A DNA stretch of 64,000 nucleotides, from NCBI GenBank assembly GCA_963829055.1, contig CAWHHI010000011.1, positions 384,001-448,000 of the forward strand, written 5' to 3'. Below are positions 54,879-64,000 of this stretch, piece by piece. The DNA is from an uncultured Gemmatimonadaceae bacterium (GTDB taxonomy: Bacteria; Gemmatimonadota; Gemmatimonadetes; Gemmatimonadales; Gemmatimonadaceae). The first letter of the stretch is position 1, and the number at the start of each line of letters is the position of its first letter. The notes under the pieces are model-generated. The model did not search any database and was not told the origin of the DNA. It was given only the letters and a program-made list of their open reading frames with translations. The position numbers were made by a program, and so were the translations under genes.

Positions 54879-55522
54879 CGTGAAAGTGCCTCCATCAGTA
54901 GCTTCCGTGCACGGTGCAACTGCGCCCGCAACGTTCCCTCGGCCGATCCTGTCATGCGCGAGATCTCTTCGTGCCGATAGCCTTCGATGTCGTGGAGCAC
55001 GAACACGGTCCGTGCTCCCAGTGGCAGCGCCGCTATCGCGCGATCGAGGTCCATGCGCGTTTCAATGTCTTCCGGTAACGTGATCCCGGACATCTCTGGA
55101 GCATCTTCTCGTGCTCCGGCGTCGTCATTCCCTGCGTCTTCGGTCGTCCGGTCCTCCGCGAGCACTACCCGGGCTCGTCGGCGCCGGTCGGTGCGTGCCT
55201 CCGTAAGTACCTCGTTCACGGCAATTCGGTGCAGCCAGGACGATAGCTGCGAATCCCCGCGGAACGACCCAAGGCGATCCCACGCCCGCACGAACACGCT
55301 CTGGGTCAGTTCCCGAGCCCGGGCGGCGTCCGCGGTCATGCGTAGGCAGAGCGCGTACACACGACCCACCTCGCGGCGGTAGACGTGCTCGAACGCTGCG
55401 ACATCGCCGGTGCGGGCACGCTCGACCAACTGCGCGTCGTCATCGCGGTCCGGAAAGTCGTTCGCGGGTGGAACCGCGGTCATTGAGTCAATCGTGTGCT
55501 TCCGGGCGGCGATCGGTGGCAT
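54875..55522 (-). CDS. ECF RNA polymerase sigma factor
   Basis: 'DAQLVERARTGDVAAFE', 'SWLHRIAVN', 'LPLGARTVFVLHDIEGYRHEEIS', 'LHRARKLL'. Confidence 0.93.
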   Translation of the reverse strand: MPPIAARKHTIDSMTAVPPANDFPDRDDDAQLVERARTGDVAAFEHVYRREVGRVYALCLRMTADAARARELTQSVFVRAWDRLGSFRGDSQLSSWLHRIAVNEVLTEARTDRRRRARVVLAEDRTTEDAGNDDAGAREDAPEMSGITLPEDIETRMDLDRAIAALPLGARTVFVLHDIEGYRHEEISRMTGSAEGTLRAQLHRARKLLMEALSR

Positions 55523-55830
55523 CCCGGTTCATAGGATGCCAGCCAACGGAACAATGCTTGAATCTGTGGCATCCAGCTGCCCGCTGCACGCAGCTGCACG
55601 CTGGGCACATCAGCCGACGGCTGCATGCTGCGGCCGCACGCTGCGCGCTGCTGCCAATACCGCCCGGTCACCCACGCGCGCTCGCCGCAGCGACCAGCAC
55701 GAGCGTACCCAGCGACCAGCTCGCAGTTCCCAGCTCCAGCTCGAGTCCCCAGTCCCCGTTCTTCTCCGCTGGCGCCGGCCTGCGAAGTTGCTGAGTTTGA
55801 CGGCCAGACTTCTACCACGATTCCGGATTC

Positions 55831-58322
55831 ATGAACGCTCGGTCGGTCCGCACGTCCGTCCTGCTGCTCTTCGCCATCTTCATGGCTGCCTGTCAGCAGG
55901 CCGCGAACACCAGCGCCGACGCCACGAACGAGCTGGCGAGCCGGCCGCGGCTGCCGACCGGGGCGTATCTCGATCCGGTCGTCCCCGCGTCTGCCGTCGG
56001 GTCGATGCCATTGGCCATGGTGCTCGCGCCGGGCGGCGGACAGATCGTCGTGCTGCTGAACGGGTGGCGGGAGCAGGGGATCCAGATCGTCGATCGGCAG
56101 ACGGGCCAGGTGGCGCAGACGCTTCTCCAGCCCGCGGCGTTTCTCGGGATCACGTTTTCGCCCGACGGGCGGACGCTGTACACCTCCGGCGGGAATCAGG
56201 ACGTCATTTACCGTTACGACTGGGCCGCCGGACGCGCGACGCTCGCCGACAGCATTCCGCTCGCGGTGAAAGAGCCGGATCGCTCCGGGCGATCGTACCC
56301 CGCCGGCATTGCCGTCTCTCGCGACGGGTCCCGGCTGTACGTGGCGGAGAATCTCTTCGACTCCGTCGCGGTGTGGATGTCGCTTCGAAGCGCGTCGTGC
56401 AGCGATTCGCGACCGAGCGCTACCCGTACGGTGTTGCCGTCGCGCCTGACGGACGCGTCTTCGTGTCGGCCTGGGGCGGCAACACCGTCGCACTGTTCCG
56501 GCCTAACGCGGACGGCAACCTGCAGGCCGACGGACAGCTCCGCGTCGCGCGCCACCCCTCCGCGCTCGCGCTGTCGAGCGACGGGTCACGCCTGTTCGTC
56601 GCATCGGGCAGCACCGACCGCATCGCGGTGGTGGACACGCGCGCGAAGCGCGTCATCGCCGAGCTCAGCGACGCACCGCCCGCCGGACCGCGTGAAGGCA
56701 GCACGCCTAACGCGCTGGCGCTCGATGCCACCGGTACCCGACTCTACGTGGCCGAAGCGGACAACAACGCCATCGGCATCTTCGATCTGTCGCCAGCAAC
56801 GTCCGGCGTGGCGACCGCCACCGGCCGCGACAGCCTCGCCGGCCGAGTGCCGGTCGAGTGGTACCCGACGGCGGTAATCGCCGCCGGCGACACGCTGCTC
56901 GTTGCCAACGGAAAGGGCCGCGGCACCGCGCCTAATCGCGACTACCCGCACCCTGGCACTGGCGTACACACCACTCGACCCCAGACGTACACGCTCGGCC
57001 AGCTGAACGGGTCCGTTCTGGCGGCGCCGGTCGCGCGCGCGTCCGGGCCGGATCTCGAGAGCCTAACGCGACGGGTGGAGCGCGCGAACGGCTGGCGCGA
57101 GGTCACGCGCGACGCGACGTACCCGCCATTCGAGCACGTGATCTACATCATCAAGGAGAACCGCACGTACGATCAGGTGTTCGGCGACATGACGCAGGGC
57201 GACGGCGACACGTCGCTCGTGTTCTTCCCGCGCGCGAACTCACCGAACCATCACGCGCTCGCCGATCGCTTCGGACTGTTCGATCGCTTCTTCGTGAACG
57301 CCGAGGTCAGCCCGGACGGGCACAACTGGTCGATGGCCGCGTACGCGACGGATTATCTGGAGAAGACAGTGCCCGTCGAATTATTCCGGGCGCGGGCGGA
57401 CGTACGACTGCGAGGGGACGAACCGCGACCGCGTCCCATCCGACGAGGGCGCCGAGGACGCCTCCGAGCCGGCGAACGGCTACTTGTGGGACCTCGTGCA
57501 GCGAAAGGGACTGACGTTCCGGAACTACGGCGAGTTCGTGATCCCGGAACGGGACGAACCCTAACGCGACGATGCCCTCGGGATACCGCGGCGTCAAGCC
57601 ATTCCTGGCGGCGAACACGAACCGCGATTTCCCGCCGTTCGACATGAACATCACCGACCAGCGTCGAGCGGACATCTGGCTGGCCGAGTTTCAGCAATAC
57701 GTGCAGCGCGGCACCATGCCGTCGCTGATGATCGTGCGTCTGCCTAACGATCACACCGCGGGCGCGCGTGCCGGCGCTCCGACGCCGCACGCCTACATGG
57801 CCGACAACGACCTCGCGCTCGGCCGCGTCGTCGAGGCCGTCTCGAAATCTCCCTTCTGGAAGAACACGCTCATCGTCGTGCTCGAGGATGACGCGCAGAA
57901 CGGGCCGGATCACGTCGATTCGCATCGCTCCGTCCTGCTCACCATCTCCGCGTACTCGCGCGCCGGGACCGTGCATCGGTTCACCAATACCACGGATGTA
58001 CTCGCAACGATCGAGGACGTGCTGGGCCTCGACGCGCTGTCGCAGTTCGATCACTACGGCCGGCCGTTGCGCGAGATCTGGACGACGGAACCCGACCTCA
58101 CGCCCGTACACGGCGCTCGTGCCGTCAGTGTCGCTCGACGCCAGGAATCCGGCGTGGCGGCCGCGACGCGCGCGAGTCTGCGACAGCTGGACTTCGACTT
58201 CGAGGACGTCGCCGAGGAGCGTGCATTCAACCGGGTGCTGTGGCGCGACGATCAAGGGAGAGACGGTCCCCTATCCCGGCATCAACCGAATGTCGGCGCT
58301 CGAATGGAAGCGCGGTTGGTAA
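55831..58322 (+). CDS. YVTN/YncE beta-propeller plus phosphoesterase (alkaline-phosphatase-like) lipoprotein (indels)
   Basis: 'MAAC' lipobox; propeller repeats 'FSPDGRTLY', 'SSDGSRLFV', 'EWYPTAV'; 'HVIYIIKENRTYDQVFGD', 'LPNDHT', 'EDDAQNGPDHVDSHRS'. Confidence 0.88.
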
Positions 58323-58396
58323 CGCGATTGGCAGCGCTGCTGGTAACGAGCCGACTCCATTGACGCGACGTCGCGTCGTCCCTCGATGACTCCTCG

Positions 58397-59405
58397 ATGA
58401 CCACGAAGCGGTGGGTACTCACCGCGCTCTCGTTCCTGCTCGCCATCGGCGCGTCGGTGTACATCATCCGCTCGAGCTGGTCGGCGGAAGGGGCACGCGT
58501 GGGACTGCCGCTGTGGGGTCACCTGGCATGCCTCACGGCCGCGTCGCTCGAGGTACTGACACGGTCCATCAAGATCCGGCTGAGCGGCGCGCGCTGTCCG
58601 AATTCCACTGACGCTGCGGACGGCATTTCGCGTGTCGTTAGGCGGAGACTTCGCCGGGTCCATCACGCCCTCGCGATCGGGCGGCGAGCCCGCGCGATTC
58701 CTCATTCTTCGCGAAGCCGCGTTGCCGGTAGCGGACGCGCTCGTGATCCTCTTTCTCGAGCTGTCGCTCGAGGTGCTGTCGCTCGCCTCGCTCGCCGTGA
58801 TCGTCTACGCCGTGCTCGGCGGATCGTCGAACGCGGTACGTGGACTGGTCGGGATGGTCGGCGTGTACTCGACGTTGGTGATTGCTGCCGGCGTCGTCGG
58901 CTTGACGGCGTCGCGGCGGTGGGCCGACGGCCCGCCGCCAGCCTGGCTTCATCGCCTGGATGTGAGCGACCATCGCTGGCACAACATGCAGCGCGCGCTT
59001 CACCATCTGCGCGACAACGTGGGGAAGCTGCGCCAGGCGCGGTGGTGGGTGCTCGTGAGCGCGCTGCTCTTCTCGATCATGCACGTCGCGATGCGCCTGT
59101 CGGTGCTGCCCATCGTCGTCTATGCGCTCGGTGTTCGTGCGCCGATTGGCCCGCTGATCCTCTGGCCGCTGGCGATCATGTACGGCGGGAACGCCGCGCC
59201 GGCACCGGCTGGCGGCGGGCTCATCGAGGTCGCGTTCCGCGGCGCGCTCGACGAGTACATCCCCGTGCAGATCTTCGGCGCCGCGCTCCTCTGGTGGCGC
59301 GTGTATACGTTCTACATCCTGCTCATTGCCGGCGCGCTCGTGACGGGCGCGACGGTGATGCGCGCGCTACGGCGCAACGGAGACGCAGCACTGGAGGACG
59401 AGTGA
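58397..59405 (+). CDS. Lysylphosphatidylglycerol-synthase TM/flippase-like (UPF0104) membrane protein (indel)
   Basis: 'ITPSRSGGEP', 'PAPAGGGLIE', 'LLWWRVYTFY'. Confidence 0.8.
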
Positions 59406-59417
59406 TCCGGGTGGCCC

Positions 59418-59744
59418 ATGGCGTTTGATGCGGGGCTCGTGGAACGCGTGGCCGATGTACTTCTGCAGATCGGCGAGCGCGGCGTCAGGCAGAAGAACGT
59501 CTTTGGCGGGCGGGGGTTTCTCGTCGGCAAGTCGACGTTCGTGATCGTCTGGGGCGAGGGCTTGCTGGTGAAGACCACAGCGGCAGAGTACGACGACCTC
59601 CTGGCGCAACCTGGAATCGAGCGGTTCGCGCCGGGCGGCGAGGGGAGCATGGGCACGTGGCTGGTCGTTCCCGCCGATGCCATCGCGGACGATCCGGAGC
59701 TCACGGAGTGGGTTCGTCGCGGCCTCCGCGGGATCAGGCGTTAG
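59418..59744 (+). CDS. TfoX N-terminal-like domain protein
   Basis: 'MAFDAGLVERV', 'KNVFGGRGFLV', 'LLVK', 'MGTWLVV', 'ELTEWV'. Confidence 0.75.
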   Translation: MAFDAGLVERVADVLLQIGERGVRQKNVFGGRGFLVGKSTFVIVWGEGLLVKTTAAEYDDLLAQPGIERFAPGGEGSMGTWLVVPADAIADDPELTEWVRRGLRGIRR

Positions 59745-59778
59745 GCGTTACTCCAATGTCCTCCCGGTGATGAGCGAT

Positions 59779-60221
59779 TGTCATCCCGAGCGCGATTGTC
59801 ATCCCGAGCGCCAGCGAGGGATCTTCCGTGAAATGATTGTGGCCAGGCTGGCTGCAATGAGCTCAGGCAGGTCGCTGACACACGAAGTCCGCTGAGCCGG
59901 CAACAGCAGTAAACGACACCGGTAAACGACAACAGCAAACAACAGAGACAGGATTGCCAGGATTGGCAGGATTGAAGAGACGTCTCGAGGGGTGATCGCG
60001 ATCCGCCCGCCCGGAATCCTGTCAATCCTGCAATCCTGTCTGCTGTTGCTGTTGTCGTTCGTCATCCCGAGGACCGCCGGAGCCTGCCCTGAGGAGCGCA
60101 GCGACGAAGTGAGGGACCTGCTGTGAGGTCATCGTGGCTGCTCTGGCCACGAGTGCTTCACAGAAGATCCCTCGCTGCGCTTCGCTGCGCTCGGGATGAC
60201 AACGCTGCCGCTCGGGATGAC
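59779..60221. repeat. Nested composite REP-like palindrome (about 440 bp) between convergent genes
   Basis: TGTCATCCCGAGCG x2 plus GCGAGGGATCTT on the left is inverted to AAGATCCCTCGC plus CGCTCGGGATGAC x2 on the right; inner palindrome GACAGGATTG../..CAATCCTGTC with CAACAG/CTGTTG arms. Confidence 0.85.
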
Positions 60222-60229
60222 CACACCGT

Positions 60230-61952
60230 CTAGCCGCCCTCGCACGGGCGCCTGACGGCGACGACTGTTCCGGCCTCACCCATGGCCGTCGCGCGATCGA
60301 TCTCTTCGATACTTCCGCGCATCATCGAGCCCGGCGGACCGGACAGGCGCACGCGATCGGTGCGCGTTCCGTAACTCCACTCGAGCTCGACGGCGTCCGG
60401 CCCCGCCGGTCGCCACAAGCCGTTAGGCAGCGTGCCGACGCGCGCGAGATCGCGCGCCCGATACCACACCCCGTCGGCATTCGCTGGCACGATCTCCGAA
60501 TCCAGCGCAATGCGCCGAGGCACCTGCCGAAATCCAGTGCGTGCCTGCGCGGCGGTGGGCGTGATGCCGAGCTCGTAGCACCCAACGGCGTTCGACTGCG
60601 CGGCGGTGATCGGCGCACCAGGAGGCGCGTCCGAGGTGGCTGCGGCCGTGCGCTTCCGAGCCGCCGCCGTCCCCGTCGTCACCACTTCACTCAGCGCGAC
60701 GCTGCTTGGCGTGAGCACGATATCCGCGTTCGTCGACTGCCCCGCCACGACGGTGACGTCGCGACCGACGGTGTCATAGCCAATGCGGCGAACCGTTAGG
60801 CGGCGGGCACCCGGTGCCAGTCCGCCGAGCGTGAATTCGCCAGCGGCGTTCGTGGATACGCCCGTCTCCGTCCCCGCGACGCGCACCATCGCGCCTTCGA
60901 GCCCGGTGTTGTTCGCATCCGTGATGCGACCACGCACGATTCCGGTCGCAGCCGATACGTTCGCGGCGTCCGCACGAACCGAATTGGCGTTGGCACGCTG
61001 GGACCTGGCGATTGCCGAGCCCGCAGCGAGTGGGCTGACAGCTCTTCGCGCCGCGTATCACGATCGCCGACGAATCGCGCCCGCGGCTTTTCGGTCGCGA
61101 GGACCGACGCCGGCGGCGGTGCCTTCTTGAGCTCATCCCTCGCAACGCTGTCTTGCTTCGCGAGCGATTGTCGGCGCAGCTCGGCCGGCGCGACGAATCC
61201 GTCCTTCGCGCGGTCGTCCACCGATGTCTTCGCCGACGGAGGCGGCGGTGCGCCCGGCGCCGACGCCGCGCGTTGCGGAGCTGGAGCACTCTCGCGCTTC
61301 GCGTCGGCGACTTTCTCGCTCGATTCCAGGCGAGCCGCGTCCCGAAGCGTGCGTGTGTCGGCGGGAGCGGATGCGACCCGCGGCTGGCCAGCCGCAGCCC
61401 CCGCGGCACCTAACGACTGCGGCGCCGGCGCGGCCGGCGAAGGCGCCGCCGAGGGCACTACCGCACGGCCTCCGGACGCAACGGCAGACGACGGCACCGC
61501 CGAATCGGCGATCGGGCCGGACGCCGGGGACGACGCCTCGGTTTCGCTCAGAGCGCGCATGTCTGGCCCGCTCGCTCGCATCAACGCGAATGTTCCGACC
61601 GCCATGACCACAACAGCGGCAGCCGCGAGCGACGGACCTCGGAACCACCGCCGCTGCGCGCGCTGCTGTCGCCTGCGATGACGACCGCGGCGCGACGACA
61701 GGGGCTGCCGGCGTCTCGGCTCCGCGCTCCGCATCCGATCGAGGCGTGGACGGTAACGGAACGACGTCGCGCGGGACGCTGTCGAGCGACATGAGAATGC
61801 GCGACGAAGCCGCGATCAGCCCACGCGCCTCCGCCACCGCGTCGGCACACGGCCGGCACGCGGCGACGTGCTCTTCGACGGCCCGCGCCTCGTCTCGGAG
61901 GCAACTGGTCATCGAGCCACGCGTGGATCGTTCCCTCGTCAAGATGCTGCAT
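60230..61952 (-). CDS. zf-HC2 anti-sigma factor fused to a periplasmic carboxypeptidase-regulatory-like domain (indels)
   Basis: 'MQHLDEGTIHAWLDDQL', 'HVAACRPC', TM 'LAAAAVVVMAVGTFAL', Ala/Pro linker, 'RGRITDANNTGLEGAMVRVAG..TNAAGEFTL..VRRIGY', 'LSEVVTTG'. Confidence 0.8.
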
Positions 61953-62475
61953 GTCCTCCTCCTGCTGCGCCGCGGCGCCCTTCGGCCTGCATTGCCTCGT
62001 ACGCCTCGGCGAGTCTCCGGCGAGCACGCGCGAGCGTCGTTCCAATGGAGCCTGGTGACAATTCCAGTGCCTCCGCGATCTCGTTGTAGTCGAGCCCTTC
62101 CTCGCGCATGAGCAGCGCCAGTCGGTCGCGCTCCGCGAGTGCTTCCACCGCCTTTCGCGCGAGCGCGGCTTCCTGAGCTCGCTCGAGCGATGAGGGCTCG
62201 GGTTCCTCCATCTCTCTCGCGCGTTCCTCATCTGCGAGGATCGCGAGGTGACGGCGACGCCGTTCATCCTTCCGTGCCTCGTCACGCACGAGGTTCGTGG
62301 CAACGGCGAACAGCCACGACCGCTCGCTCGCGAGCGTGTCCTGCCGGAGGGCGCGCAGGAAGGTTTCCTGCGCGACCTCTTCGGCCCAATCGCGGTCGCC
62401 GAGGCGCCGGGTCAGGTACCGCACGAGAGCGGTGTTGTAGGTGCGGAACAGTCGCTCGACGTCTTCGTCCTTCAC
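61939..62475 (-). CDS. ECF RNA polymerase sigma factor
   Basis: 'AEEVAQETFLRA', 'SWLFAVATNLVRD', 'GLDYNEIAEAL', 'GTTLARARRRL'. Confidence 0.93.
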   Translation of the reverse strand: MKDEDVERLFRTYNTALVRYLTRRLGDRDWAEEVAQETFLRALRQDTLASERSWLFAVATNLVRDEARKDERRRRHLAILADEERAREMEEPEPSSLERAQEAALARKAVEALAERDRLALLMREEGLDYNEIAEALELSPGSIGTTLARARRRLAEAYEAMQAEGRRGAAGGGHAAS

Positions 62476-62535
62476 GGCCTCACCGGTCTTGCCTCTGGCT
62501 ACGTCCGGCGGCGAGCCGGTCCAGCGAGCATGCGC

Positions 62536-64000
62536 TCACCAGGCCGCCTCGGTCGCCGCGACATCTCGCGCGCTGAGCGTTTCGACACCGTCCTCCACGA
62601 ATGCGACCGCAACGGCGCGTCCCGCCACGACGATACCCGCGTTGCTACCCGGACCGACGAGCGAGAGCGGTGCGCGCAGATCCTCGATTCGCTCGAGCAG
62701 CGCGAAGTACGCGGACGAGTACGGCTTCACTCGAACCGTGCGCATGGTGCTGACGTAGCGTGCATCGGTCCAGGTGCCCGCTGCGAGGGTGAACGTCCGT
62801 GTCCCGATACGACGCGTCGTCGCGCCCGCTGCACCGCTGAAATCTGCGCTGGCGGAGTCGACAGCGGACAGGGTGGTCGCGGCGCGCTGCGCGGCCGCCG
62901 TCTTGGCCATGTCGAACCGCTGTTCGCGGGTCAGCTCTGCAGGCGCGGACGCCGGCATCGGACGGGCCTCGTCGCGCGCCGACCCGGTCCCGGCACGCGT
63001 GTCCTTGCGATCGACCGCGACCGCGGTGCCCGTCACGACAACCTCATTGAGACGTGCAGAGGAGGCGTTGCCAAGCTTGCCTGGATGCTTGCATGCCCGG
63101 CTCGAGCACGAGATACGACGACAGCTCGGTCGGTATCCCGTAACGGGTGCCGAGCGTACGCAGCTCGTCGTCGAGCTCGGGCGACGCGCCATTGCGTCGA
63201 CGCTCGGCCGAGAGCCACCCGGCGCGCTGCGCCGCCCACAGGCGGGCGACAAAGCTGTTGCGGCGCTCGCGATCAGGGAAACGCACCTGCTCCGTCCACG
63301 TCACGGGACCATTCGCGGTGCGACCTTCGACGACGATGCGTCCGTTGCCGTCGCCGGAGTAGCGCGCGAACAGGACGAGGTCCTGACCGGCGAAGATGTC
63401 CGTGGGCAGCGACGGGTGCAGCTTCGTCAGGCGAACGCCTTCCGCCCTAACGCGGACGTCGGTGACGATCGGACTCGTTATGCGCGTGGCGACGAGCGAC
63501 ACCGCGCGCTCGACGGACTCGTCGGGCCGTACGAATTGCGCGGTCCCGCGACCGTCGACGGCAAGTTGCTCGACGAGCGCGGCGTTCACATCGGCGCCGA
63601 CGCCGAACGTGAACACGCGCGCGCGGCCTCGCACCCGGCTCGCCAGCGCGGCGATGCGGTCTGCGTTGCGCTCGCCGACGGTCGGCTCGCCATCGGTGAC
63701 GAAGAAGACGATGGGCATGCGTGCTTCGTCGGTGGGCGTGTCGAGTGCTTCCTCGAGCGCGCCCGAGATGTTCGTGGATCCCTCGGGGCGGAGATCATCG
63801 AGGTAGCGGTTCGCCTCGTCGATGTTCCGGCGCGTGGCGGTGGTGAAGCCGTTGCCGAACGTGCGGACGTCGGTCGAGAAGTCGATGATGCGAAAGCGAT
63901 CCTGCGATCCGAGCGATGCGAGCATCTGCCGGCCGGCGGCGCGCGCCTGCTCCATCTTCTGGCCGCGCATGGAGCCGGACACGTCGACGACGAACGTGAG
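62536..64000 (-). CDS. VWA-domain protein (VIT/VWA-like), 5'-truncated by window, indel near 63090
   Basis: MIDAS 'VVDVSGSM', 'GSTNISGAL', 'FVTDGEPTVG', 'FTFGVG', 'RLWA', 'YGIPTELSSYLV', C-terminal 'IGTRTF..GTWTD'. Confidence 0.88.

Noticed and set aside
59741..60279. Short ORFs with 'CHPERSE' or 'ILPILAIL' peptides
   Set aside because: They are translations of REP-like repeats, not genes.

Overview
High-GC (roughly 68-70% by eye) bacterial chromosomal window. The gene content (three ADOP-type duplicated ABC permeases, one with a PadR; VPS10-like and YVTN propeller proteins; ECF/zf-HC2 pairs; a Hanks kinase) suggests a Gemmatimonadota/Acidobacteriota-like soil or sediment organism, which is inference only. 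The sequence looks like an unpolished long-read assembly: most long genes carry several 1-2 bp indels, so CDS boundaries below are reconstructed across frames and are approximate. I found no rRNA, tRNA, CRISPR array, transposase or integrase. Main content: an Lhr helicase, several hydrolases, a Gdx/SugE exporter under a guanidine-II riboswitch, a chlamydial/plant-type FabI, a receiver-cardiolipin synthase-GH30 operon, a CHASE3 kinase + Hpt-REC + OmpR-type relay, and two ECF sigma/anti-sigma loci. Highlights: (1) the non-palindromic heptamer CCTAACG/CGTTAGG occurs at least 55 times by manual count, on both strands and in several reading frames, where it forces rare codons; (2) a tandemly duplicated 'small lipoprotein + ~5.5 kb repeat adhesin' module with conserved N- and C-terminal domains but different stalks, one copy behind a c-di-GMP-I-like riboswitch and the other behind an OmpR/PhoB-like direct repeat; (3) several families of long palindromic intergenic elements, one of which sits inside the Lhr coding sequence.
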